64,000 nucleotides of DNA, taken from the NCBI RefSeq assembly GCF_001194135.2, contig NC_068990.1, forward strand, positions 72,906,220 through 72,970,219, read 5' to 3'. Positions 1-13,506 of the stretch are shown here, in pieces. Source of the DNA: Octopus bimaculoides (lineage: Eukaryota). The notes beneath the pieces are model-generated. The model made no database searches. It had not been told where the DNA came from and was given only the letters and a program-made list of their open reading frames with translations. The stretch's first letter is position 1; every line of letters starts with the position of its first letter. A program made the translations under genes and the position numbers.

Positions 1-49
<49 letters not shown>

Positions 50-52
50 CAT
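1..52. repeat. (AT)n microsatellite
   Basis: Pure AT dinucleotide run at the window start, grading into (ACAT)n. Confidence 0.95.
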
Positions 53-1219
53 ACATGCACACACATATATATTTTCATCTATATATGTATATATACACAG
101 ACAGACAGATCCACACACACCTTTACATATATACACACCATCTACATTATCATTTTACAGCTGTATTATTCATTATGTCTATGCATGTGTATGTATATAA
201 GTATGTATATATGTACATGCACACAGACCAGCACGCATACACGCACACAAACACAAATTCCCTCAGTTATGAGGAACATAACTTTACATTGTGCAGAACT
301 TATTAAATCATTTGATGACTCAAAAAACATACAGCTGATATATAATTATTAATTTGTAAGTTGGAAAATTACAATTTTAAATTTAAATTTGAGTCTGTAG
401 AAACACAATCACAAATTATTCTGTATTAAGTCAAATTAATACAGTTAATGATCACCAACTTATTAGCCCTCACTTTGTAAATAAAAATGAAAAAGCAAAT
501 AGAAAACTATTTTCTGAAAATATACAAATAAAAAAATAATTCCTGCCAAATTATCTGATTACAAGTAATAGAATATCTATTTTAAAATATCAAAAATTTA
601 TGCAGGATAAATAGAATAAAATATATATAAAAAAAAAACAATAATAATAAGCTGATATTGGAAACACGTCAAGAAAACAGAGGTTTAAAATTGGAACATT
701 TTTATATAAAAATCAATGGTAAAAGAAATGATTACATAGTGAAAGTAACAGAGCATATATTTTGGCTGGACTGTATATATACCTTACAAGAAATAGAATG
801 ATATTTTAAAGATAATAATAATACACTTCTAAAAGGTAACAGACCATTAGGCTGTGCTNNNNNNNNNNNNNNNNNNNNNNNNNNNNNNNNNNNNNNNNNN
901 NNNNNNNNNNNNNNNNNNNNNNNNNNNNNNNNNNNNNNNNNNNNNNNTAAACTTTGAACTTGATTTATTTTATTGTCTTCTTTAATCACCTAGAAAACTA
1001 TTTGGCTTTATTAAAAAGTTTAGAAATCTCAAATTTTTTAAATTGATTTTCTCTAGCACTAAAGAAATGATAATATGCAAAGTAATGAATAGTCATTACG
1101 TTTAAATTAAACAGTTTATGAAACAGTTACAATGGAATTATTAAATTTCAGAGGAAAATGCTAAGCTGAGCAGAAAATGCTTTTTAGTTCACTTAAATCT
1201 TGGAATGAATGAATGAATG

Positions 1220-1221
<2 letters not shown>

Positions 1222-1273
<52 letters not shown>

Positions 1274-1475
1274 CCTTTCTACTAAAAGCACAAGGCCTTA
1301 AATTTTGGGGGAAAGGACTAGTCGATTATATTGACCCTAGTATTATTTATCAACCCCAAAAGGATGAAAGGTGAAGGCAACTTCGGCAGAATTTGAACTC
1401 AGAATGTAAAGACAGACAAAATGCTGCTAAGCATTTTGCCTGGCATACTAACGATTCTGCCAGGTCACCACTTTC

Positions 1476-1513
<38 letters not shown>
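1222..1513. repeat. (AAT)n microsatellite split by a SINE insertion
   Basis: AAT runs at 1222-1273 and 1476-1513 flank a SINE. Confidence 0.9.
1274..1475 (-). mobile_element. tRNA-derived SINE, family A (head GAGCTGGCAGAATCGTTAG, central GGTCGACTTTGCCTTTCATCC-like domain)
   Basis: Reverse complement matches other copies in the window (e.g. 49315-49565): A-box-like head, B-box-like GAGTTCAAATTC, shared central domain, GCCTTGTGC tail. Confidence 0.85.
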
Positions 1514-1514
<1 letters not shown>

Positions 1515-1894
1515 TTGCTGTTGTCGTTTTAGTGTCTTCTATTCCATGCTTGCATGCATCAAATCGAATTTGTTGAAGCAGATTTTCTATAACCAGATGC
1601 CCTTCCTGTTGCTAGTCCTCACCTGTTTGTCAAAGAACAGTAACAATTTCCCATTGCCTGTCATGTTTTTAGTGGAAACAAAGAACACCACTTGTCTGAA
1701 GGTGATGCTTAGTTATAACAATCACATGATGCTAAGACAAGGACACACAAATACATAGGTGTACACACACATACACAACATGATTCTTTTAGTTCCTTTC
1801 GTCAGCCTGGAGTTATTGTAGAAAATACAAGCTTAAAGTGCCATACAGTGGCAATGAACTCCAAATCATGTGGTTGTGAAGCAAACTGCCTAAG

Positions 1895-2100
1895 CACATA
1901 GGCCTGAAATTTGGGGTAGGGATTAGTCAATTAAATTGACCCCCAGTACAGTGCAAGTATTTATTTTATGGGTAAGGAAGAGGGTGGATGAAAGACAAGG
2001 TTGACCTTAGTGGGATCTGGATTCAGAAAGTAGAGAGATACAAGGAACACCAGAAGGTACCCAGTCTGACACTTTACTGATTCTGCCAAAGCGCCACCCT
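1895..2100 (-). mobile_element. diverged family A SINE
   Basis: Retains GATGAAAGACAAGGTTGACCT and GATTCTGCC blocks of family A. Confidence 0.65.
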
Positions 2101-2494
2101 GAATACAACCACTAATAATCACATTTCTAACATAGGCACAACGCCTAAGATTTGAGAGAAGAATGTAATTGATTACATGGTGCCCAAAACTGGAGTGGCA
2201 CTTTTTTTTTTACAAAATATAATGATAAAGATCTTCTCAAAATTAATTGAAACAGCACACAGTACGTTAACATGGAACTAACAGGAATTATCTTCATTTC
2301 ATTAAGTACAAAATAATTTTCCTATGAGGAAAGAATACGGTAGCTCTCACTATGTAACTTTTTAAGAAGCATCACATTTACATACCTTGATAAAATCAGA
2401 CACAACGGTATGCGTTTATAAGTGTATACAGTGCTCTATACTATAAAGCATATATAGCAACTTTATCCTGTTAACTATATATGTATGTGTGGAT

Positions 2495-2497
2495 GTA

Positions 2498-2558
<61 letters not shown>

Positions 2559-3389
2559 NNNNNNNNNNNNNNNNNNNNNNNNNNNNNNNNNNNNNNNNNN
2601 NNNNNNNNNNNNNNNNNNNNNNNNNNNNNNNNNNNNNNNNNNNNNNNNNNNNNNNNNNNNNNNNNNNNNNNNNNNNNNNNNNNNNNNNNNNNNNNNNNNN
2701 NNNNNNNNNNNNNNNNNNNNNNNNNNNNNNNNNNNNNNNNNNNNNNNNNNNNNNNNNNNNNNNNNNNNNNNNNNNNNNNNNNNNNNNNNNNNNNNNNNNN
2801 NNNNNNNNNNNNNNNNATATATATATATATATATATACACTTATTTTATCATTGTTTTTTTTTATATTAAGTTACAATAAAAATAATTTATATTGAAATG
2901 AAGGATAATTTGATACTTTTGTAGAGTACAAATTTATTATGCTTTAACAAAAATAATACTGACAGTGACTTTGAAGTTTTTGTCAACTAGGCCATCATCA
3001 GAACAACACTGTGATGGTGGCTTAATTGTAAATGAATAATATATGTACACACACATGCATCACCTCACACACAACCCTATTACATTTCAACAAAGTTCCA
3101 CAATGGATCCTAAAAGATACAAATAGAAAAGAAATTTTTTTTTCTTGAATATAAGAGAGAAAAGAACTTTCCAAAAGTTTTTCACTTTAATATGAGTAAA
3201 AAAATATCATTTTTCTTAAAATGTAACAAAGCATCTAAGGAATCTATGTAATTAAGATGAACTCATTACTGAAATTCATATGTTAAAAATGATTTTTTTC
3301 CAAACAAGAACAAAACAGCTTAACTTTTTCTTTTAAACTTTCTTAAATACAGAAAATATGTGTGCCTCCACATGTGTGTGTGTGTGTGT

Positions 3390-3425
<36 letters not shown>

Positions 3426-3950
3426 GAACGTGCAAACATGTGCACGTAAGAATTTGAATGAATGTCCATGTATGAATATGCACATTAGATACAACTCCTT
3501 TTCACAGACACATGTATAAACTTCATATATCTTATGTTTAATTATACCTAATGAAACAATGATTAATACTTTCGGGGAGATGGGGGTGGGGGCAAATAAA
3601 AGAATTTTAGTATTAATGTGAGTAGGTACAAACAGTAAAGAGATGACTTTTAAATACATATGCGTGACAGTCAGTAGTTAACTCATATTGAAACTGAGAT
3701 ACCTGTTGCATTATTTCTATCTTCAATTTCAAAAGCAAACAACAAAAAAAAGATTTTAGAAAATATTTTATTAGAAAATTATACAAGAGTCAGGAAAATG
3801 CAAAATACTTTTTAGAGGTAACTCTTGAAAATATATGTATATGTAGGTATATATATATATATATACATGTATATATAAATATGTATGTATATGTAGATAC
3901 ATGTATATATGTATACACATATGTATACATATATACACACATATTTGCAC

Positions 3951-3991
<41 letters not shown>

Positions 3992-6058
3992 GCATATATG
4001 TATATATATATATATATATATATGTATATGTGTATATATACACTGTATTTTATGCATATATAAATATCTATGTACTGTATTTTAAATGCATATATATAGT
4101 GTATATTATATATAAATATATACTATATTCTATATATATNNNNNNNNNNATATATATACATACATATATATCTATACATATATATAGACAGACAGTCAGA
4201 CATACAGAGACACAAAGAGTGAGAGTTAGCAACGAATTTGAAAAGAATGAAAAGGATCTTTCACATATATTAGGTATCCTGTATTTTTTCATATACATAA
4301 ATATTCATGTATATGATAAACATATATACATATGTAAATGTTAATATAGATATACTATATTTAATATATACATATATATACATGCATACACATATACATA
4401 TATATACACACTCATGTGCATGTATGGAAATATAGTATTTTATACACATATATAAATACATGTGCATACATATAAATATACATACACACATGCATACTGT
4501 GAATTTTATATATATATATATATATATATATNNNNNNNNNNNNNNNNNNNNNNNNNNNNNNNNNNNNNNNNNNNNNNNNNNNNNNNNNNNNNNNNNNNNN
4601 NNNNNNNNNNNNNNNNNNNNNNNNNNNNNNNNNNNNNNNNNNNNNNNNNNNNNNNNNNNNNNNNNNNNNNNNNNNNNNNNNNNNNNNNNNNNNNNNNNNN
4701 NNNNNNNNNNNNNNNNNNNNNNNNNNNNNNNNNNNNNNNNNNNNNNNNNNNNNNNNNNNNNNNNNNNNNNNNNNNNNNNNNNNNNNNNNNNNNNNNNNNN
4801 NNNNNNNNNNNNNNNNNNNNNNNNNNNNNNNNNNNNNNNNNNNNNNNNNNNNNNNNNNNNNNNNNNNNNNNNNNNNNNNNNNNNNNNNNNNNNNNNNNNN
4901 NNNNNNNNNNNNNNNNNNNNNNNNNNNNNNNNNNNNNNNNNNNNNNNNNNNNNNNNNNNNNNNNNNNNNNNNNNNNNNNNNNNNNNNNNNNNNNNNNNNN
5001 NNNNNNNNNNNNNNNNNNNNNNNNNNNNNNNNNNNNNNNNNNNNNNNNNNNNNNNNNNNNNNNNNNNNNNNNNNNNNNNNNNNNNNNNNNNNNNNNNNNN
5101 NNNNNNNNNNNNNNNNNNNNNNNNNNNNNNNNNNNNNNNNNNNNNNNNNNNNNNNNNNNNNNNNNNNNNNNNNNNNNNNNATATATATATATATATATAT
5201 ATATACACATGTATATATGCAGATATATGTGTTTTACTAGACACACACACACATATATATAATACATAATATGTTCATATATATTATATATGTATTATTA
5301 ACAAGTCACTTAGGATGAGTTGTGACCATGCTGGGGCACTGCCATTAGCTTTGCTACATTTTCCCTACTTGGAATCTGCTCTGACATGTGGCATTTACTG
5401 AATGAGGGAGTTTGATGTTGCTGCCCTTATCTGTATTTCTGGTTACAATGTAGGTTCATCCAGAACCCTTGACAGGAAGAGATCCAGTGTTGTTCTGAAG
5501 ACAAATTCAACCACCCCATGTAAGTTTCTCAGGTTTTTTGAAAGGATACTGAAGAGTTGTGGACCCTAGATACCCATAAATGTGTGTGTGTATGTGTGTG
5601 TGATCAATATGACAGTGGTGGTGGTGGTGGTGGTGTTCGTAGTCATTGTAGATCTCATTCATTCAAAACACAAAATAACAGTTGATGTGTATGAAGGTTA
5701 TGACTTTTGACTAAGCACAAGTCACTTGGTGGGCTCTCATGAAATTTCCCTCATTACATTTTACCTAATAAGTTACTAGTAAAACTCATAGCAGTACAAA
5801 GTAATGTTGACCCTCAACATTCTGTAGTGGAATCAAACCTGGGATCTCGTTGTCACAAAGCCAACTACATAAACCATCCGAACGTGTTGTGCCATCATGT
5901 AACTAATATATATAACAAATATATACATGGAAATATATGAGTAGAAATATCTAATGGATGGGTATATATTACATATGCTTGTATGCATATAAGTATGTCT
6001 GTGTTATACATACATATATATATTCATTTATGTGTATATATATAAGTATACATATATA

Positions 6059-6135
<77 letters not shown>

Positions 6136-6647
6136 NNNNNNNNNNNNNNNNNNNNNNNNNNNNNNNNNNNNNNNNNNNNNNNNNNNNNNNNNNNNNNNNN
6201 NNNNNNNNNNNNNNNNNNNNNNNNNNNNNNNNNNNNNNNNNNNNNNNNNNNNNNNNNNNNNNNNNNNNNNNNNNNNNNNNNNNNNNNNNNNNNNNNNNNN
6301 NNNNNNNNNNNNNNNNNNNNNNNNNNNNNNNNNNNNNNNNNNNNNNNNNNNNNNNNNNNNNNNNNNNNNNNNNNNNNNNNNNNNNNNNNNNNNNNNNNNN
6401 NNNNNNNNNNNNNNNNNNNNNNNNNNNNNNNNNNNNNNNNNNNNNNNNNNNNNNNNNNNNNNNNNNNNNNNNNNNNNNNNNNNNNNNNNNNNNNNNNNNN
6501 NNNNNNNNNNNNNNNNNNNNNNNNNNNNNNNNNNNNNNNNNNNNNNNNNNNNNNNNNNNNNNNNNNNNNCACATACACATACATATATACATATAGATAT
6601 ATATGTACATATATATATATATGAATATATACATATGTATATATGTA

Positions 6648-6711
<64 letters not shown>

Positions 6712-7103
6712 TCATCATTTGACATCCATTTCCCATGATGGTATGGGTTGGACTATGTATATATATATACAACCATGTATATTTATATACAAATACTCGT
6801 GTGCAGAAATATGTGTATGTGTATGCATATATGCGTGAATGCACACACACGCGCTTATGCATCTTTAAATGCCAAGCCTCGAGATGATGGTAATCATGAA
6901 CCTCCACACCAAAGTCTGTAGATTCATGATTCTTCACGAGAAAATTATAGCAGTTGATATGTATATGTACTTGGGTATATAACGTACATATATATATATG
7001 TGTGTGTGCAGTCATGGCTGTGTCATTAAAAACCTCACATTGAAATCAATGCTTTTGGGTTTAGTCTAAATGAGGGCTACAATAGCCCTGGACTGACTAA
7101 TGA

Positions 7104-7139
<36 letters not shown>

Positions 7140-7691
7140 TTCAAAAAAAGACAAAAAACAATAACAAAAAAACAACAAAGTGAGGACTTGATACGGATAT
7201 ATATNNNNNNNNNNNNNNNNNNNNNNNNNNNNNNNNNNNNNNNNNNNNNNNNNNNNNNNNNNNNNNNNNNNNNNNNNNNNNNNNNNNNNNNNNNNNNNNN
7301 NNNNNNNNNNNNNNNNNNNNNNNNNNNNNNNNNNNNNNNNNNNNNNNNNNNNNNNNNNNNNNNNNNNNNNNNNNNNNNNNNNNNNNNNNNNNNNNNNNNN
7401 NNNNNNNNNNNNNNNNNNNNNNNNNNNNNNNNNNNNNNNNNNNNNNNNNNNNNNNNNNNNNNNNNNNNNNNNNNNNNNNNNNNNNNNNNNNNNNNNNNNN
7501 NNNNNNNNNNNNNNNNNNNNNNNNNNNNNNNNNNNNNNNNNNNNNNNNNNNNNNNNNNNNNNNNNNNNNNNNNNNNNNNNNNNNNNNNNNNNNNNNNNNN
7601 NNNNNNNNNNNNNNNNNNNNNNNNNNNNNNNNNNNNNNNNNNNNNNNNNNNNNNNNNNNNNNNNNNNNNNNNNNNNNNNNNNNNNNNNNNN

Positions 7692-7722
<31 letters not shown>
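2495..7722. repeat. cluster of (TA)n and degenerate TA/CA microsatellites interrupted by large N gaps
   Basis: Runs at about 2500-2840, 3830-5280, 5960-6710 and 7110-7720, each enclosing an N gap. Confidence 0.9.
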
Positions 7723-7724
<2 letters not shown>

Positions 7725-7726
<2 letters not shown>

Positions 7727-8085
7727 TTTATCTTTTACTTGTGACATTTACGACACTGCAGTCAGGCTGGAGCACTGCATTGAAGAATTTTAGACAAAAC
7801 TAATAGACCTCAGTAGCCTGATACTTTTATTAGTCTATTAGTCCCTTTTGCTAAACCGCTAAGTTACAGCAATGTAAACACACCACCACTGGCTGTTAAG
7901 TGGTGGTGGGAGACAAACACACACAGAGACACACAAACATATAGCAGGCTTCTCTCAGTTTCTTGTCTCCCAAATCCAATCACAAGACTTTGGTCAGCTT
8001 GAGGCTATAGAAGAAGACACTTGCCCAAGGTGCCACACAGTAGGATTGAACCCAGAACTTCTTACCACACAGCCATGCCTGCACC
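7725..8085 (-). mobile_element. SINE family B (GCAGGCATGGCTGTGTGGT head, CCTTGGGCAAGTGTCTTCT block, internal microsatellite)
   Basis: Reverse complement colinear with plus-strand copies at 27553-27925 and 40571-40940. Confidence 0.85.
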
Positions 8086-8094
8086 TATATTATA

Positions 8095-8480
8095 CATGTT
8101 CCACCTTAGCATGAACTAAATGGTTTGAAAGGATCTGCTGAGTCCAAGAACTGCATTGTGCTACAATGTCTGCTTTGACACTGTTTCTATGGCTGGATGC
8201 CCTTCCTAATAATAATGGTTGTAGACCAGGTATTGGGTGCCTTTTTCATGCCACCAGAATGTTATGTGGACAGATCACCTCAAGAACTGTATATCATAAA
8301 TCATCCCTGGTCCTTGACATCTACTCTGTATGGTTCAAGGTTTCACTATCAGCCTTCACCATGTCTTCCTGTATCTCCCCTCTTCCACAAGCCCCATCCA
8401 CATTCCTCAATGTTTGTACAAGCATAGTTGTTTTCCTTGCACACAACATCTGATTCTGCTTACACCCAGTTTTTATCTCT
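8095..8480 (-). mobile_element. 5'-truncated RTE-clade LINE 3' end (degenerate coding remnant plus family C tail)
   Basis: Minus-strand translation IRCCVQGKQLCLYKH*GMWMGLVEEGRYRKTW resembles the RTE C-terminal RRLRWYGH...GRPRKTW motif, followed by the TTAGGAAGGGCATCCAGCC tail. Confidence 0.6.
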
Positions 8481-8699
8481 CAAGCACATTTGTATTATAT
8501 AGCTTATGCACACTTACAGCCAGATACCCTTCCTGTCACCAATCATCATCTGTCTGGAAATAAGGTAATATTTCCCCACAGCCACATATGATTTGACAGA
8601 ATGTAAGAAATGAATGATACTACTTATATGACAGTGATATTTACAACTATCACAAGTCATTAAGGAGATACAAACACACACATATCATCATCACCATCA

Positions 8700-9000
8700 T
8701 TATCATCATTGTTTAACATCTTGCTTCCATGCTGGCATGTGTTGGATGGATTGACAGGAGCTGACTATGAAGGAGCCTGCACCAGACTTCTGTGCCTGTT
8801 GTAGCACGGTTTTTATGGATGGATGCCCTTCCTAATACCAACAACTCCACAGAGTGGACTGAGTGCTTTTTATATGGCACAAGCACAGGCAAGACCAGTT
8901 TTGGCATGATTTTTTTTTATAGTTGGATGCCCTTCCAAATGCTGCCCACTTTACAATATGGACTGGATGCTTTTAAGTGGCACCAGCACTAGCAGGGTCA
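8700..9000 (-). mobile_element. family C RTE-type tail element with duplicated GGATGCCCTTCC block
   Basis: CATCATCAT...TTCCATGCTGGCATG...GGATGCCCTTCCTAATACCAAC matches the other family C copies. Confidence 0.8.
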
Positions 9001-9143
9001 TCAGAAGACACTTGCCCGAGGTGCCATGCAGTGGGACACAGTATACATGTATTATATTCTATATACATACAGTGTATTATATATAAGTAGATAGATAGAC
9101 AGTTATTTTACTGAAACTGAAACAAACCAAATAACGTGTAATT

Positions 9144-9205
<62 letters not shown>

Positions 9206-9223
9206 NNNNNNNNNNTGTGTGTG

Positions 9224-9265
<42 letters not shown>

Positions 9266-10110
9266 CATACAAATACACATGTACAAATATATGCATACAC
9301 ATGTACCCATATGATACTCAGACACATTCACGCATGCATGGATGGGTGAATGGATGGATAGTACAACACATGTTTATTCATGTATTTGTCTTCTTACCTT
9401 AATATAACTAATACAACTAACATCTTCATTAGAAAGATAATTCCCACATATTTAACACATTAAAAAATTCTACTCCTAATTTCACATTTATATTTCATTA
9501 TGAAATTTAATTTATCACAGCCAATACGCTTGTTTCATGTAAACAAGAACCTATTTACATGTCAATAAAATTTTAGAAAATAATATAAACCTCCTCGTTT
9601 CAATTAACTATCAGCTTGAATTATGTACGTAAATAAGTTTACATCATGTGTCAGAAACAGAAAAAAAAAAAGAGTTAGATTGATTATGATAGCCTTAAGT
9701 TCTTCTGTTTTATAAACTTTTGAAACAATTACTGTTTTAGGAGATTTAATATTGGCTTTGCACCACTATCTTAATGAACCAAATCAACAAATATTTGAAT
9801 TAATGTAAATAAAGGTTTATGTTAAGTTTATTATCCAGAAACATGGGAGTGTGTGTGGCTGAGTGTACCTGTACATAAGCATGTATACTGATATGAGTTT
9901 ATTTGAGTGCATACATACATGTATATGTATGTACGTTATGTATATTAAGTATACCCATGTTTATATATACATATTATATATGTGTGTGTGTGTGTGTGTG
10001 TGTGGTATAGTCTTCTACCAGCTCCTGTCAAACCGTCCAACCCATGCCAGCATGAAGACAGACATTATATAATGATGATGATGATGATAATGATACACAC
10101 ATACGCATAC

Positions 10111-10141
<31 letters not shown>

Positions 10142-10919
10142 TATAGGTATGTGTGGGGGATGTTTTATTTATTTGGTGTGTCTGGAGAAAGGGGAAGAGT
10201 CCATGATCTTTTCAGACACCCCTGAGTTCAGTGAGCTTGATGATCTTAATGTTCTATGCTCTCTCTCTCTCTCTCTCTCCCCTCTATGAATCCTTCCATT
10301 TCCTAGCATACAACTCGAACCACTTCGCTTCCTACTTCTACTGTGGTCTATCAAGCTTTCATTGTGACTTCACATCTCTATGGGAACACCAATTTCTGCA
10401 TCTCTCAGCTATTCCTCTCATTTCTTCAAGCAACACTGTTCAAACATTTTTCCCAATTATTACCTCATATACATTACTGTCTTGTTTCGCTGTGTTTTTC
10501 TATTATAAGAGACTGTCCCAGTAGCAAAGACTGAACTATATATTCTTCTGTGCTCCTTACATCTTATCACCACACTATCAAAACCCTATCAACTATATCT
10601 GATGATTTTGATGCCACTGCATCAACAGTCCTGTTCAAGGTGTTCAAACCACAATGATCCCAAGACAAACAGTGGATGCGGAGTATGCTTTTGTTCGTTT
10701 TGTCTGTTAGACATGTTTACATCTCATGTACTTTATTGCTTCCATTTATAATACTAACACACACAACCCTATCTTCTTAATTATTGTACATATGTTCAAA
10801 TTTTGGTGATTCCACCTCATTTCTTTTTTATTTTCTCACCTTAGCATCTCTCTCTACCCCACTGTTCTGCTGACTTCTATCTCGCACAGTGAAAGCATTG
10901 ATAGTGGACAGAGACAGAC

Positions 10920-11165
10920 ACAAAGACACACACACACACATAGATATAGTCTTTTACTCATTTCAGCCATGGAGCTGCAGTCATGAGGCTTCCTTCAGTT
11001 TCCGTCAACCAAATCCACTCGCAAGGCTTTGGTTGACCAAAGCTATAGTAGAAGATACTTGTCAAAGATGACACATGGTGGGAATGAACCTGGAACTATG
11101 TGGTTGGGAGTGGGAATGAACCTGGAACTATGTGGTTGGGAAATAATATCCTTACTACACAACTA
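10920..11165 (-). mobile_element. family B SINE (partial) with a 32-bp tandem duplication
   Basis: GTGGGAATGAACCTGGAACTATGTGGTTGGGA is repeated exactly at 11078-11109 and 11110-11141 within the head. Confidence 0.8.
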
Positions 11166-11239
11166 CACATAATTACATATACTAACACTATATATATATT
11201 ATTCATCACACACATGTGTATATACAAATCAACATTATT

Positions 11240-11420
11240 TTGCATCTGCTTTCCATGCTGGCATGGGTTAGAAGGGTCCTTGTTGCTTTCTTAAGTGAGG
11301 TGAAAGCTACATCTCACTCACAAATTTCATTTTAGCTTAATTTCTATGACTAGATGCCCTTCCTAATGTCAACCACTTTACTGAGTATACTCGGTGCATC
11401 TTATTGTGACACCAACACTA
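11240..11420 (-). mobile_element. family C tail element
   Basis: TTCCATGCTGGCATGGG and GATGCCCTTCCTAATGTCAACCAC blocks. Confidence 0.7.
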
Positions 11421-11625
11421 AAGGAAGAAATGTAGATGTGTCTTTAAGATCCTAAGACAAAGACTCAGTCCATATAATGGCATCAGGTTTTTTCTCTAAA
11501 ATGTAAAGTTCAATAGCCAGTAATTGGCACAGAAAATCATGGTGACTGTTTTGGGGGATGACAAGAGCATCATACTCCTTGATTTTCTGGAAAGTAGTTA
11601 TACCAAGAACATTTAACTGTAAATT

Positions 11626-11828
11626 AATTTCAAACTTTGGCACAATGGCAGCAACTTCAAGAGAGGGAAGAAGTCAATTATATCAATCAATCCCAGTGCT
11701 TAATTGGTACTTATTTTATCAACCCTAAAAGATGCAAAGCAATTTGAACTCAGAATGTAAAGATGGGCAAAGTGCTATTAAGCATTTTTACCCAGCGTGC
11801 TAATGATTCTGACAGCTTGCCACCTTCT
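11626..11828 (-). mobile_element. family A SINE with 17-bp TSD
   Basis: Flanked by ACATTTAACTGTAAATT (11609-11625) and ACATTTAGCAGTAAATT (11829-11845). Confidence 0.85.
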
Positions 11829-11879
11829 ACATTTAGCAGTAAATTGAGATACTCAAAAGAAGTGATTTGAATGAAAAGA

Positions 11880-12210
11880 TCGAACACAAATCTGAAAACA
11901 ATCCACATTGACCATAACAATGTGCAACCACACATTTTTGGTAACAAATCAGCAATCAGCAAATTGAGTCAGTCAATGACTCCCTATTTACCATACAACC
12001 TGGATCTGTTGCCTTCTAACTTCCACCTGTTCAGTCCAATGAAGGACTGCCTTTAGGGACAACGATTCAACAACACAGACAGCTAAAAGTGGCTTTGAAG
12101 AAGTGGGTACAACAGTACACACCTGAATTTTTTCAAAGATGACTCCTAAGTTGAGCTTAACGATGGTGCAAGTGCATTGCTGATGATGGTGACCATGTTG
12201 AGTATTACCT
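11880..12210 (+). pseudogene. mariner-family (DD34D) transposase C-terminal relic
   Basis: Translates as HNNVQPH (HDNARPH-like), PYNLDLLPSNFHLFSPMK (YSPDLAPSDFHLF-like) and RWCKCIADDGDHVE (RWxKCIxxDGDYVE-like); has stops and frameshifts. Confidence 0.85.
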
Positions 12211-12612
12211 TTGTTTAGCGGAACCTGTCAGTTAATAAAAGTTATGCCCACTTGTAACTCACACTTGAGGTGCTGAGAGACAGATCAAATATGATTGAAG
12301 GGATAGGCTTATTGATGTGAGTGGGAGAGAATAACAGAGACGTGTTAGAGGAAAACACAAGAGAAAGGGTAACATGTGTGTCAGGGGTTAGTAAGAAAGA
12401 GACAGAGAAAGAGGATGGAGTGGGTTCAGTAAAGGGGTATCAGTACTATGTCATGAGGATAACTATTAGTTGTTAGTGTGTATGTCTGCGTATTCGTTCA
12501 TGTATACGTCTATTTTTCCATGTCAGGTTAAACAAATATATATATCGATAAGATGACAACATCTTATTGATATATACCATTCTCATTTTCCATATTTTTC
12601 TCCCACCTATTT

Positions 12613-12668
12613 GTCTCTGATGACGGAATATCCCATACTTGTGGATATCCCAGAAACAGCTGTAAGAT
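12613..12668 (+). ncRNA. minimal type I hammerhead ribozyme motif (Penelope/retrozyme type)
   Basis: CTGATGA at 12617-12623; stem II GGAATATCC/GGATATCCC (8 of 9 bp); GAAA at 12653-12656; palindromic stem III ACAGCTGT; GTA cleavage triplet ending at 12664; stem I GTCT/AGAT. Confidence 0.7.
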
Positions 12669-12905
12669 TTTGAATTTGTTCCAATAATATTGTACATGAC
12701 TTGAGATATTTGCCTTGCCTTAATGTTTGATGTCCTTTTTAACCTATTATATATCTGCTGCATCAGAAATTTGCAATGGCTCCATAACTACTGTCTCAGC
12801 TATAATCTTGGAGCCCCAGTAATCCATTACAGCACTTACCTAGTATACCTAATTGTTTAGATCATCTGTGAACTAAACCTCCATACTTTGTTTGTATGTA
12901 TGTAT

Positions 12906-12971
<66 letters not shown>

Positions 12972-12989
12972 CATAAAGTTTAATTGTAG

Positions 12990-13052
12990 AAAATGATTTT
13001 TCACGAATATGAACTTCATGCAACTGTAACCAAGAAGCATTATCCTGAATTG
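12990..13052 (+). CDS. candidate internal exon (KMIFHEYELHATVTKKHYPEL)
   Basis: AG|...|GTATAG, 63 nt, phase 0-0, open frame; acceptor is weak. Confidence 0.2.
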
Positions 13053-13432
13053 GTATAGTGGATAAGGGTCTTTAAGAATAGAATAATAAATAGGTGGAAA
13101 TAATCTTCAGACTACTAACTATCTAATTACCACTGTAACATACACTATTCTTGATAGGCAGCAATTAGTGTGGTTTTGTTTGCTTTCATTGAAAAATTTT
13201 AAATGACTAATTTTTAAGGCTCTGAAGAATTTTAAATGACCAACTTTCAACATTCACACTGTTCAAAATCCTCTCATAAAGGTGATGCCTTCAGGAAAGC
13301 CCAAAATACTTTCTTTTTAATTCCTTCCTTAAAAAGCTAATGAGCACTAATGTTTACCAGAATTTGAACTTGTGATGTTATAACTTAAGCTCATAATATT
13401 TTTTTCAATGTGGCATTCTTAAATTATTTCAG

Positions 13433-13506
13433 GAGCTGCCTTTGCCAGTGTTGTACCAGTTGCCTCTTCAACCACAGACACCACCAAAAATGTCGTGTAA
13501 TTTACA
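13433..13506 (+). CDS. candidate exon (ELPLPVLYQLPLQPQTPPKMSCNL; frame ambiguous)
   Basis: TTATTTCAG acceptor, ACA|GTGAGC donor, GC-richer than flanks; ends in phase 2, compatible with 15649. Other frames are also largely open. Confidence 0.3.

Noticed and set aside
2475-7793. Long ORFs of YIYI/HTHT/CVCV type and poly-X (also at 36.2-37.2, 44-46.7 and 50.7-51 kb)
   Set aside because: They are translations of dinucleotide microsatellites and N gaps, which contain no stop codons.
10607-10645. CTGATGA followed by a 7-bp hairpin (TTGATGC/GCATCAA)
   Set aside because: No GAAA after the hairpin, so the hammerhead core is incomplete.
12473-12866. Minus-strand 96-aa ORF and AG|GTAAGT donor at 12840
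   Set aside because: The upstream micro-exon has stops in all frames, and the region is better explained as the hammerhead-bearing element.
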